From Atractiella rhizophila (lineage: Eukaryota), in NCBI GenBank assembly GCA_021432655.1, contig MU271440.1:1-64000 (forward strand): a stretch of 64,000 nt of DNA. Direction: 5' to 3'. The translations under genes were made by a program, and so were the position numbers. Position 1 is the first letter of the stretch; each line of letters begins with the position of its first letter. Of this stretch, positions 1 to 12,569 are shown piece after piece. The notes under the pieces were generated by a model. The model saw nothing but the letters and a program-made list of their open reading frames with translations, was not told where the DNA came from and searched no databases.

Positions 1-557
1 ACCATCTTTCTCGCTGTCCAGCAAAAGGACGAGCTAGACTGGGTCTGCTTTCTCCCCAATCGCTGTGTACCAGCATTTGTCCTCCAATGAACTCTCAACG
101 GAGCAATGTGAATGCTGGGAAGGCTGGGAGTGGCGTCGGCAACTGTCTCCCAGACAAGTCCTTAGATGGAAACTTGGTCGTTACGGTGTAATAGCACACC
201 ATTTGCCTCTTTCACAAATGCACCTGGGAGTAGTTGATGTTGAATAATGGCGAGACGGATAACTGTTACGACGTCGAGGCGCGATCCAGTATCGGCTGGA
301 GATGAGAAGATGGGAAGTGAGGAAACCGACCATGCAGGAATAACGTTAAGCTCGATATCATCTATTTGAGCAAAAGATTTTGAAAGTTGCCTGAGGCAGC
401 TTCTCCGCCTCATTGACTCATCTTCATTGTCGCCTTGTTGCTTGATGCCGAATCACCTGCAGTTCAGCAATATTATGATCGTCTAAGCGTGCTCTTTCAA
501 ATGCGTGGTGTTCTCCACCCCGCCCTTTGACACTTTCCTTACTCTAGAGTCCTCGAA

Positions 558-2588
558 ATGAGTTCAATGTCGCCGTTTCTCTCATTTTTGACGTTGAGCA
601 GTAGGGGGGCATCCATTGAAAATGCTGGCAAACGTCGCCTACCCTCCCTTCGGATTTGCTCCGTAGTCGGCCCACCTCAGGGTTTTCGGCGGAGGCAGTG
701 ACTGACAATTCAGTTTCCTTCCGAGGGCTTTCACACTCGGGCTGCCTTGGATATTAAAGAGGCTGGCTGACGTTTACCTATTCCCAGGAATAGCGCTTTA
801 CTACATCTCCTCGAAGAAACACGATCGTGGTCTCGCAACTATCCAAGTCGATTCGAGCAGCTATCAGTTCGATCAGTACAATCCCACCCAATCTGAGTCC
901 GAAGTCCTCTTCTGGATCGTCAATCTCCCCAATGCTACGCACTCTGTAACTGTAACAAATTCCCAGTCCGATACGAGGTTCACCGGTGGACCCTATCTCG
1001 CGCTCAACGAGATAGTGTACACACAAATGAAATCCGGTAGGCTCTCAGACTGTTCTAATGCACCGACCTGACTGCCAATTTGGCAGATCCATCAGCGACA
1101 GGAACGATGTCTACAGCAAGTTTAGTACCGACGGGAAATCCGTCTGCGTCAACCTCTCAGACCTCCAAAGGTTCCTCAGCTGGAACCATCATTGGAGGAA
1201 TTATCGGTGGTCTGGCGCTTTTGGCTCTTGTCCTTTTCCTTGCTTGGCTCATCCTTAAACGGCATCGCCGAGGGTTTCAGTCTTTGTCGACATCTGTGGA
1301 ACCTCCCATCCCTCCAAAACCCGGGACTGTGGTTGCGAGAAGTGGCGGTGAGAAGATGGGGTGGGGCGGAATGCATGATCGCGCCATGAGCGCCTTTTCA
1401 ACCTTCACCGGATCGAGTGGGAAGGGGAGCTATAGAAGTTTCAGCGCGACGAGCGAGGACGCGGGGACGACGCCCACGACTTTCTACATCATGCATGGAG
1501 ATAGGAGGACGAGCCAAGGTGCGGATGACGCAGAGTTGGATTATGGACATTCGAAGAAGGCGAAGTGGTCTGAAGATGGCGTCATGACTGCCATGGATCT
1601 CCCCCTGCTCCCCACTTCCAGCAGGGACCCTCGTTGGAGCTGGCAAGACAGCTCAACTGCACCTCTGTTCGCTCCAACCCCCAGAGTGGCTCCTCGCGTG
1701 GCGCCTGCAAAAACATCAGGCTCAAAATTTCCCATCAGCATGGAGTCGAATCATTATCGCCAGTCACAGTCGACTGCAGCCACACCAGGTCATATATCAA
1801 CCTCATCCTCACGACCTGCATCGTCGCGTCCACCCCATGGTTCACGCGAGCGATCTGGTTCGGACTCGAGACCTTCGTCAAGAGACAATTCAGTCCCGCC
1901 GCCACCAGTAAGTGGATCACGATATGATCAACTCTCATACTACTCCCTCCCTCCTAAATCAACACCGACGCCTCCCGTTTCACGCTCCAATCCCCAGCCT
2001 TCGAGTTCCCGCCCACGCTCCCACTTCTACCACGCCAAGGATCGCGTGTCACTTCCTCCTGAGATGCAAGAAGGGCGGAATCGGTCGTCGTCACAGTACG
2101 ATTCTGCAATCATTCCAGACATGGAACCCTCCTATCCACTCCTGTCCGCAAGAGAAGAGCCGCCCACCCCACCTGAAGGTTTCACCAATGTCAGGAGAAG
2201 CTTAGAGTCGCAACGTCGGCACGTTGCATCGAGTTCACAGGATAGCTCGCCAGGAGGCTACTTCGGTTACTCCGCCACCCAGGAACAGTTTCGATCACCT
2301 TTTTATCATCCTTCAGTCCCTCCGATTTCCACTCAAACTAAACCCGCCCAGCAGCCTGGCAGTACCCCGTCGTCGGCCAACTCCTCGCGATCACAACTCC
2401 AAATCATCACTTCACCTGAGCAGTTGAATAGGGCAAGAAGTGAGGAAGAAGAGCACCTGCGAGCCATCAGTCCGAGGACAAGGGAGAGGATCGTGAGGGG
2501 TTTGGCGGGTGAAGGAACCTTGGGGAGCATGACACTGTGGAGTCCAGCCCCACCGTACGAACCAGGTGGCCAGCCGGGTGCAGCGTGA
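558..2588 (+). CDS. Single-pass membrane protein: beta-sandwich-like ectodomain, S/T-rich stalk, one TM helix, long disordered tail (Mid2/Wsc-like architecture)
   Basis: Exon ~790-1036 reads IALYYISSKKHDRGLATIQVD...NLPNATHSVTVTN...YLALNEIVYTQ and splices (GTAGGC...GGCAG) into ORF 1080-2588, which has TM IIGGIIGGLALLALVLFLAWLIL followed by KRHRR and ends in PPPY. The 5' end is uncertain. Confidence 0.7.
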
Positions 2589-3208
2589 TTGCTGTGAATG
2601 GAAAAGCGCGGTTAGAAGTGTTGCTTTTTTAATATCTGGGCTTTTGGATGGACAACTCACTTTAGTGGACATTTGATAGAGCAAATTAAAATCGCCTTTG
2701 TTGTTGCATGCAATCGTTTAGGCAGCTGAACACTGCGCCTGTCTCTGCTTTCGCATTTTTCTCACCATAGTGTGGATGTAAAAGCGACTCCTTTGACATT
2801 ACTGACGATATTTTCTCATGCTTTGTACATGTAGTTGCTGACGTTTTTTCTGCAAATATCTTACTTTGACGATCAAACTACTTCTTCAGCGCTGTGTTAC
2901 TCCCATTCCTGCTTCACAACCAAAAAGCTACAGTTCACCGAGTGTGTCGAGGAGCGGAGAGCTGGAGCGTTATTTCAGTTTGAGAGGCGCACAGCTCACT
3001 AACGTCGACTAACTTGACTGAAACAATTTCCCCATATTATCCCGTATAAATACATCTAGCATCCTGTAGAAAAGCCAATCCGTTTCAGTCATTAGGTCGT
3101 TACCTGTCCACAGATCGAAGCAAGCAAATAGAGTTTCAGGCGCCTGTGGATGGCGAGTCAACTTCTTGTCGCAAATGCAGAGGAAGGGCGATGAACACAC
3201 TCGTGGTA

Positions 3209-5570
3209 TTATGCCTTCTCTTCATGGCTGAAGCTTCCAGCGTCCTTATCTTTTGAGGCAAAGCTCTCTGACCGTGCATCATAGTTGTCGTCATCCTTGA
3301 GCTCTCCATTTCCGACAAAAGTGGTTTGGGCGTCAATGCGGAGCCGTGAGACGTGTTCAGTTGGCGAGAACTTGAAACCTAACGTTGGAATATCGTAGAT
3401 TCGAGAAGACTCCTCCACTGTCATGCCCCTGTTTATGGAAACATCGATGAGCATGAAAGTTAGGGAACGAGAAAATGACTGCGCACTTAGTTTCGCACAC
3501 GAATATGTAATGCAAGACAAGGAAGACTGCTTGGACCCCGATGTAAACGAGATAGTATTTCCATGCGATGGCTGCCAAATCAGTCGCCATCAAATTCTGG
3601 ATCAATGCAAAGCAGATCAGACGGACCATCTAGAGCGATCGGGTTGACAAAGGTAGAGAACGCCAGGCCAACAGACTGAAAGGTGGAGAGGAGACCCATA
3701 GCCTTGATACGCAGTTGGGTAGAACAGATCTCTGAGACGTAAAGAGGTGGGAGAGGGGTGAATGCAATCACGTAGCAGAAATCTGTGTCGATGGCGACAT
3801 CAGCAAGCATACATAGGGGGGGAGGGAGGAGCATACAGAAAAGGTAGATCATAGGAATGACCGCTAGACCAGTAGCTTTGTTCCCAGTCTGCGCGTATCT
3901 TTACAAGGTGTTGGATCATCTAAGCCTGAAGGAGGAAAGGTTGACATACGATCCAGCTACTCCAGTCAGAATGGAGAACATAAGCAGGATCCCTGTGCAG
4001 GAAATCAAGAAGAGCCTGCGTCTTCCGAGCTACATGTGCAAACGAGCGCCTCAGTCTACATCTGCGGAACTGTTTGGAGTAACCTACTCTTTCGGAGAGA
4101 GAAGCTCCAGTGAAAGCCCCAAGAAGATTCCATGTGTTGAGTCCAGCGTTGATACCAGTGATTTGTGCACTTCACCCCTTGTAAGTCCCGCATTTTCTAA
4201 ACAATGATGAAAAGCCTACGGATCAGTAATACCTGATGCTCGAAGAACAGGTGCGAGATAGTAAGAAATGATCCCCACTCCGTTGAGTTGCGAGCAGAGG
4301 GTGACAATGGAGATGACGAGGAAGCGCCGACGGTTTCCTTCACCATCGAAGAATGACAACCAGGATGTGGCCTTCGCCTCTTCCTCAATGCGGATGGACT
4401 CTTCAATTTCTTTCAGCTCGTTCAACACAAGTTCATCATCCATCTTGCCGTTTGAATCTAATTTAGTCAAGGTTAGCATCTAAGATCTGTGAGGGTTGAG
4501 AGAAAGCGGCGCACGATGTTTAGCCAAAATCCTATGCGCTTCGTCCTTCCGCCCTACTTTGACAAGCCATCGAGGAGATTCATCCACGAAAGGCATCCCA
4601 AGGACGATGAGAATAGGGCCAAATCCCTGGAGCAAATTAGGGAGACGCCATTGCCAGTTGATGTCGGAGGGTGTCCAGTAGTTCATAGCAAAGACAATCC
4701 AGCCTCTACTCCAAAGGTTAACTGAGATCAATTAATAAGAAAAGAACAAACGCAAGGATGGCTCCGACGTAAAAGACCGCGAAAAAGTAACCGGTTGCTT
4801 TCGCACGATACCTTGATTTTGAGTTAGCTTTCGCAATAAACGTGCAAGAAAAATGCACCTAGGATGAGCCAACTCGGTTGTGAGAGGAGCACCATTGATA
4901 AGGCACCAAGATGTCTGCTCGACTCTCAACACTTAAGTTGACCGAACAGAGGAAGACGGACTCCGAAACCCAACACAATGCGCGAACCAATCAACATCCC
5001 CCTCCCATTAGCAAAGCATCCGATAAAAGCGCCGGCGACGAGGAGGGCAGCACCAATGAACATGGGAATCCTTCGACCGTATCTATCGCTGACCCAAGCA
5101 CAAAGGACCGGAGCAAGCATCTACCCATATTGTATTAGAATACGGAAACTGATGGATATATGAGCCTACTATCTTGGGGAAAAAGTAGGAGGCAGATATC
5201 AGGCCAAGCGTTGTGCCTATAAACCTCCATATAAGCTTCGTCGTTTCAGGCAGAGGAAGAGTGACAGACCAGTTGGGCGACCATAAAATGACTGCCAACT
5301 TGCAATTCCTTGTAACCCTGTAAGAAGTACACCATCGTAACCAAGCTATCGGTCAAAACAAATGAGCACTGGGGTTTAATATTGCAAAAAGGAAACTTAC
5401 ACTGTAAACTCCTGCAAAGCAAACGCAGAGAGCAAGGACATTCTTGCGAAGACCAGGATCCTTCCACCAATTAGGATCGGTGTTGTTCTATTGCATTGAA
5501 GCATCAGCAAAGCTCAATAGGTAGTTTCAGAGTCACAAACCTGCCATGCAGCCCATCCTGGAGCAGACAT
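3209..5570 (-). CDS. MFS sugar porter, lactose permease/cellodextrin transporter-like; many introns
   Basis: Spliced segments NNTDPNWWKDPGLRK, GYDG, SDRYGRR, APLTTELAHPR, WQWRLP..LQ, ESPRWLVKVGR, QLNGVGIISYY, YVSEIC...R and CETK are sugar-porter motifs. Confidence 0.9.
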
Positions 5571-6214
5571 CTTCGCTAGTTTGCTGTTGTCGGAGTTGAA
5601 ACCTCAGTATCCGCTTTCGCCAGAGAGACTGGTACGCTGCTTGAGAGCTGCTGGCGAGCAGGAGACTGGTTTGGGATACGATGTGATATTCGGACGAGCT
5701 TTAAGCAAAGGTGTGCCATGATCGCCAAGACATTGGAAAGTTTGGTTGAGCCTAAAGTGCTTTTGTCCAAGTCATCTTTGCCAAAAGATCATCCGTGCAC
5801 TGTTCCAGAACGTTGGGCTGAATGTGGGGAACTCATTCCATCAGCGACGAATTGGCGAGAGGCGGACTATCCAAGTCAGTTATGACAGAGTCTAGAGGGC
5901 GAACAGAAAATGTTCCCCATTCTGGAACTAACGGAGCAGGACTGCTTGTCCGTGACACGTCCTTCCTATCGTGATGAACTCGGAAGGCCAGGAAATTCGG
6001 GAACAACAGCAATTCCACTCCTCAAAGAGCATCACTTGGCTTCGTTCCCTTTGAGGAGTGATGTGGGGCGGTCTTGGAGGGAACGAGACTGTTTTTCCTT
6101 CAGGGAGCACAGGGCGGGGAATCGGATGCATTGACCAAATTCTATGTTCCTGTCAAGGACTTATCAGTGAGCAACTTGTGTGAGTCAGTAGAAAATCAGT
6201 ACTACATTACAATT

Positions 6215-7247
6215 TTATACAGCGGCAGATCTGACAACAGAAGTTCTAGGGTGGTATTTCAGCACGGCGAGGTGCATCTCATGCAATTCAGCCGGAGGTT
6301 CTATCTTCTCTCGCTTTAAACACGCAAGACCCATCTTCTCGTATGCTTCGACCTATCCCATATCCATGCATCATCTTCTGAGTTTAAAGTGAATTCGAAG
6401 AGAGCACACCTGCCATGGATGGATGGTGAGGAGGTATAAGTCCAAGTGGTCATCTCTTGCCTTCGCAGCCACCAACCAAGTCAGGACCGCTAGTACAAAG
6501 GCGCATGGGACATGCAGAAACAGAGCTCACCTTAGTAATCGCCAATCTCACAAGTATGGCACCAATTCCTTTTCCCTGGTGGGCCGGATGCGTGCCTAAA
6601 CACTTGATATACCAATGATCAAGCGCATAGTTCTTCGGCAGGTCTTTCTCGCCAAATCGACGGATTGAAGGCTCCATCTGTGATTTTCACCAGAGTGTCA
6701 GCCAAATATCATAAGGAGAAAGAGAGGAGCAGGATAATCACCACTGTTGATATCCAATGGAGAATGGTAGGGTTTGACTCTTGTAATTTATCAGCGTACG
6801 GTTTGAATAGCTGCATCTGCCGCTCACTGTTTCCATCCCACCACATTATCTTCATATTCCTCTCTAGATGGAGGACTTAGATAATAGCATACGTACTCAT
6901 GAAGCCAGATGTTCCCGGGTCCAAAAAGGACCATCACTCCCAGCACGTCTTCTTCTCCATTCGCGGCATCACCGCCACGAACAATCCACACCTCTCCACT
7001 CTCCAGACCACATCGCACCTCCGTCTCTAGTTCCAACGCGACCAACTCGGGACTTCCGCCCATGATGGGCGCTATGGTAGGATCAGGCAGGAAGGCGGAT
7101 GTAAGGGTTCGAGTGATGGAGGATAGAAGGGGGTGGTCTGTTCCCCTGGTGAACACATGAAGGGATGGGATCGAAGAGAAACATACCTGAGGGAGTGGAA
7201 GAGGGGAGAAGTACCTGTTCTATCTTGTAGTGCAGAGCTGTTGCCAT
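6215..7247 (-). CDS. GNAT-family acetyltransferase
   Basis: HWYIKCLGTHPAHQGKGIGAILV contains the acetyl-CoA-binding Q-x-x-G-x-G motif; last exon VEAYEKMG; TATA-like TTATAAAAAG near 7311-7320. Confidence 0.85.
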
Positions 7248-7988
7248 TTTGACAGGTTAAGACTTCTTCTGCAGTGATCAACTGCTTTTTCGAGAGAGGT
7301 GGTTGTGCCACTTTTTATAACTGTCATCCACAAATGCTCTACTCCGACCTACTCGCCTCATAGCGGGGCCCGTCTTTGTATACGACTGTCCTTACCGGGA
7401 TGTGGACACGACTCCTACCTCGCCTTGGCTGAAAACAGAAACGCTGGCAACAGTCATAGCTCGGTTCAAGAATGATTCCAACATTGTCTGCGGTCGCCAA
7501 TTTTACAGTAGCAGGGGCAAGCATTGGCTAATTTGGAATCGAGCAGGTATATATTGAACGTTGAGCAGTCATTAAACACAATTAAATCGGAACCCTCGAG
7601 CGCTCAAGCTCACTGCCACTTCTTTCATAATCTGGAGCTTCAAGTCAATGAGCGCAACTGCAAGACAGGCCAGTTAAAATTGTGCTCTCGTGAAATGACC
7701 AGCATGGCTCTGGTAGTCTGAGCTCGCTCAAGTGCCTTCGTCAAGCTTTCAGCTAGAGATGTAGAAGTGCCCGACACTACAGTAACGGTCCCAATATGTT
7801 TAAGTTGAAATCGTTCTCGGCGAAAAGGATGCCTGAAGTAATACCTAAGGGGGCCCAACCGAGCTTTGGGGCTTAAGCTTTGAAGCTCAAGGTAGACAAC
7901 AGGTATACCCGCAATGATCGACTGTGATCGATCGACGGACACTTCGCTGGCAACTCTTCAAAGTAGACATAGTAAGACAGGTAGAACG

Positions 7989-10173
7989 ATGCTCCTCCTC
8001 CTCTCGAACGACGACGGCCCTCCCTCCGCCTCCTCCCCTTTTCTGCTCTCATTCCTTTCGTCCCTCCGCACCTCCCTCATATCCAAGGCAAAAGGCGAAG
8101 TCAAAGTGCGCACCATCATACCCTCAACCCAATGCAGCTGGGGCGGCAACGGATTCACCGTCTCCACCCCTCTATCTATCAGCTACTTGTATCCGCCGTC
8201 CACTGAACCCTCTCTGCTCCGGCGGACGAAAGAGGAATGGGAAGAGGAACTCGTGCTCGTCGATGGGAGCCCAAGCAGCTGTGTGAATTTGGGTCTGTGG
8301 AATGCGGAGGATATTTGGGGCAGCGAGGAGAAAGTGGATTTGGTCGTTACTGGACCGAATTTTGGGAGGAATACGGGAACGGCTTTTGAGGGTGCTAGGT
8401 CAGTAGCCCTTTCCATCCATCGACGGTGCGAGTGGCATTCTGCCTTCTCTCCTTATCCACCCACTCTTTGTTGTGGAATGTCAAGGCAACGAGTGCCTCG
8501 TTTTCTGATTGGTGTTTGGTGTATGGATGGACTATGCATTTTCTGCCAAGGAAGTTGCATATCTTTGCTTCTGGGAGGTGGCCTTGACATGAGTACGATG
8601 CCATCTTTTGGCGGTATCATTAGACGTTGAGAACATCCCATTATGTCCCTCTTATCTTAAGATTTGTAAATGAAACCATCGTCACTCTTTGCCCGGAGGA
8701 GCTTTTCGTATGGAAATGTTTCGCTCAGAGCGTGGCATCTTTGTCTCCTTTGGTTGCTGAGGTGCCTCCTTTGGTTTCTGAGATGCGCACCTTGCTTCTG
8801 ACAGGCAGATGGGTGACTCTTAGGTCGTTCTTCTGCCCTCCCAGTTTATGGTGCCAGTGAAAAGTCATGGGAAGCAAGTTGTGGACTTCTTTACTACCCT
8901 GCGAACAGAGGTAGTTTCACGCTCAGGGGTACTTAAATTATCGAAGGGTGATGTGAGCTAAGATTGATTATGGACAATTTTATAGAGGCAATGAGGTGAG
9001 GTGCCTCTTGAGAATTCTAAGATATCAGAAAGCGTGTTTTGATACACCGATGGATTATCATCCCCTACCTTGGTTGTTGCCTGAGCAGTGAAGTTTCACT
9101 TGCACCATGATTTCTCAACGGACGAGTGTCCAACAGTAAACGCAAAAGCAAGAGAGGCAGGAGAAGCCAGTTATCACAGGTGGACTGAAGAAAGGAACGC
9201 AATATCGTGCTAGCGAATGCAGTAGAACGTTATTCTCATGAAAGTTGTTTTAAGGGATATTCTTTCTTCCGCTGCTCAGTGCACAGTTCAAACATGTCAT
9301 GGGAGTGGCCTTGGTTTTATCGTCGTTAATCACCTTTTGACATGCAGAGTTGGTAGATAAAGGACCAGGAAATTGCGCAAGGAGCGTGTGAACCTCTCAT
9401 GATCCGCTAACGCTTCCTCACTACTTTGTTGGTGTTTGCGGCGAGCAAGCCATGTGACAAGGTCTTCCATTTCCATTTTTGAAAATCACAGGCTGGGCTC
9501 AATTGGTGAAGACTGATCGAAATACAACTGATACCCACTCAGCGCAACCCTGGGTTCAGCCCTCTCCGCCAACCTGTGCCGCGTCCCGTCTATTGCAGTG
9601 TCTTATGGGATCTTCGGACGGCCAATCCGCCCTGAGTATGTCGCTGCTGCGAACGAAATCGCTTGCAAGATCATCTGGAGGCTGTGGGAAACGGGCTTCC
9701 CAGAGCACGATCGCGCAAGGTGCTATAGCGTCAACATTCCTGTGCGTAGATCTTTCGGTCACCCGTGGTCATTCATGGAAAGTTAAATAGTTGGTGGAAG
9801 CTATCACAAAGGATCCGAAGGTTGTTTGGGCAAAAGTAGATCAGCAGTTCTATGGACGGCTGTTCAAGCGGGAAGTAAAGGAGAGAACTATTGATGCTGA
9901 AGGAGATACAGAACCTCTGGAGACCAAGGGGAAAGGGGACGAGGAGAAGGGATTGAAGTTTGAGTTTAGACCAGATATAGATTGGCTGATACATCCGCCG
10001 AAAGAGGATTTGGCAGAAGGAACGGATACTGCTTGTATGTTTAAGGGAGAGGTGCGTTTCATAGCCTGGTCATGCAAAAACGAGTCCTCATTGTCAAGTA
10101 GATTACGGTCACTTGCCATCGAGCCGCTTATACGGAGGTCACCATGGACGGTGAGCGGGAGTGGAAACTGTGA
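7989..10173 (+). CDS. SurE-like 5'/3'-nucleotidase/acid phosphatase (stand-alone fungal form)
   Basis: Motifs LLLSNDDG, VDGSPSSCV, VDLVVTGPNFGRNTG. After removing intron 8399-9542 it continues TAFEGASATLGSALSANL..PSIAVSYG, then YSVNIP, EGTD and last exon ITVTCHRAAY. Confidence 0.85.
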
Positions 10174-10319
10174 ATAGCAATACTTGGGATAGAACCATCG
10201 TGTTGCAGAGTATTCTACACACATTGCACAAATAATCAAGAACTTCATAATGAAGAAGCAGAAACCCGAAGCTGTTGGTAGCAAATCCGATGCTCCATAA
10301 AGTAACAAATTACAAATCA

Positions 10320-12569
10320 TCAAGTCCATCCTGATCTTCCATCTAACCGCCTCGGATCGATGCCTCCTACCCAATTGGAGACGGCGATGTCCTGTCCTTC
10401 CATCCTCATCGTCCCGTTCACCAGATCAAACAATTCCATCTCTCCAACTTCAGTCCCGACTCCATCTATGCCATTCCCGATTGTAATACTAGCGGTCATA
10501 TTCTGATCATAGAGGAACTGTGCAAAGCTAGGGACATCGACGGTGCCATCACTAATGACAGGATAGTTGTCATGATCGTCGCCAAAGGAAGACGCAGGTG
10601 ATGAAGCATAGGTGGTTGCGTAGGGATCAATGTATCTCGCTTCTGCAGGGAGGGGATTTTGGTTTGCTGGACGTTTTGAGGGTGAGTAGCGGGCGCGAGA
10701 AGGCAGTACAGCACCCGGTCGATGGACATGTATGACGCGTGCCTTGATTCTGCCGTCGACGCTCCTATACTGGTTGACTGTCGAAGAAGAGGATGTAGTG
10801 GACTGCCTCTTTGGCTCCTTTCCTTTGGCCTTGGCCTTCCCTCTTTGGCCTCTGCAACGATCGGCAACTGTCTCCTCCCCCCTCTTCGTCCTGCATTTTG
10901 CGCAGATACATACCCCTACACATTTCATACATCCCCCTTGATTGCGCCAGAGAATCCATGTCGCGTCCTCCTTCTTCTTCTTCACGCTCTCCACGGCTGC
11001 GGTAAGCATGTCTGAGACATACCAGGGCTCGTGCTTTCTCGCCATACACCTGATGCAGAAGCGGGCAGTGCAGAGGGGACAGATCAACTTGGGAATGTTC
11101 GTCTTAGTAGCACAGCCGTGGCAAGTCTTCGTGGGGTAGTTGATGGACGTCTGTTCCATCGGGCAGTTAATGGGAAATAGCCCGTATTCGGGTAGTCGAG
11201 ACTGGACCCACCTCGTAGTCTGTTCCATCTGGGAGGGTAAAAACTACAGCGCATGGATTTGTCGGCAGCGAGGCTCCTTCGGCGTCTCCCTAGTCATTTC
11301 ATTGCCATCAACAATCATCCTCAATAGAGGCTCACAGCGCACCTGGTGCCTCTTCCTACTTCCTTTCCCTCTCCTCTTATCCCCGTCTTCTCCTTCATCC
11401 TCCATCACCACCATCTTCCTCTTACGGTGCAGCCGCTTCTGCAACTGTACATACTCCTCGCTCTCCTTAGCTTTCGAGCTCTTGCGCCTCCTCTTTTTCT
11501 GACTTGAGTCGTCCTCGCTTTCGCCTTCCTCTCCTGATAGAGGACGACCGCCAGATCGCGGATAATAGAACAGCTCTACCTCCCCCCACTCCCCCGTTTC
11601 TTCTCTCCTCCTCCTCTTCCTCGGCGACAACCTGTTCTCTTCCCCTGTCTCCTCTTCATCACTTGGTCGCGCGAAACTGAGATTGAGCTTTCTCCTTTTT
11701 GTAGCTGGTTGGCGAGGAGCGTTTGAAGAGCGATATGGTGAAATAAGGAGGGTCTCCACCTCCATCTCCTCATCCGGGACGACGATTGGCCGCTTCTTCT
11801 TCCTTCTGACAACAGTCACGATCTGCTCCTCTGGTTCTTTCTGAAACTCCTATCCCCCGCCGAACAAAACCAAATAATATCAGTATCTTCTCCTCCTCCT
11901 TAATGTTGGCGTCGAATTGGAGAAGGAAAAACCTACCTCCTCCCAATTAACCGCCTTCAATCCCACCTCCTTCCCTTTCCGCTCTTTCTTCCATACCTTC
12001 CCGGCATCTTTCTCCACCGGACGCTTACGAGTCCCCCACTCCCTCCAACCACTACCTTGAGCCCTCTCCTCGTCGCCTTCTTCCTCCAACTCGTCTCGTT
12101 CCCACCATCTCTTGCACTTTTCATCAATGGAACGCAGATTTTCGGCATCCCAACCGAACACGATGGGATGGGAAAGATATTTTGTGAGACAGGAGGTGGA
12201 GCGGACGGGAGGAGAAATGTGCGAGACGAGCCTGAGGTTGAGGTCTGAATGACGGGGGAGGAGGACTAGGGAATGAGTTCTCTTCTTAGACGTGGATGGT
12301 CCGTTTGGTTTGGAAGAGGAGGAAGCGGCGCGGGTGGAGAGAAGGGATAGGTCGTAGAGGGAAAGTGATAAGAAGTAGTGCTGTTGATCGCCGTCTTCAT
12401 CCTTTCCTGGAGGCAATGTGGCTTTGCCGGAAGGTGAAAGGATGGATGTGGATGTCGAGGTTGGCTTTGTAGAAAGTGTTCGCATTTCTTGGACGGAGTA
12501 AGGAGACGATGCGGCAGAGATTTCTTGATCCTTTTGGCGTTCGGACGTGGAAGACGAAGGAGCGGACAT
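10320..12569 (-). CDS. Nuclear protein with a zf-4CXXC_R1 (CDCA7-like) cysteine cluster and long basic/acidic disordered regions
   Basis: TCHGC...LICPLC..FCIRC...GCMKCVGVCICAKCR in ORF 10320-11228; upstream exons (11244-11819, 11880-12569) are K/R/E-rich with NLS-like runs. The family call rests on the Cys pattern only. Confidence 0.65.

Noticed and set aside
5576..5719. Apparent uORF ending 5 nt before the sugar-porter ATG
   Set aside because: Its ATG lies upstream of a TTAAAG possible core promoter and may be outside the transcript; no other support.
5990..6005. GGAAATTCGGGAACA resembling RNase P RNA CR-I
   Set aside because: No complementary CR-V/P4 strand found downstream.
8761..8800. 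GGTGC...CTGAGA resembling a TPP riboswitch in the long intron
   Set aside because: The conserved GAACYUGAU...GAUAAUNCC half is absent and the host is not a thiamine gene.
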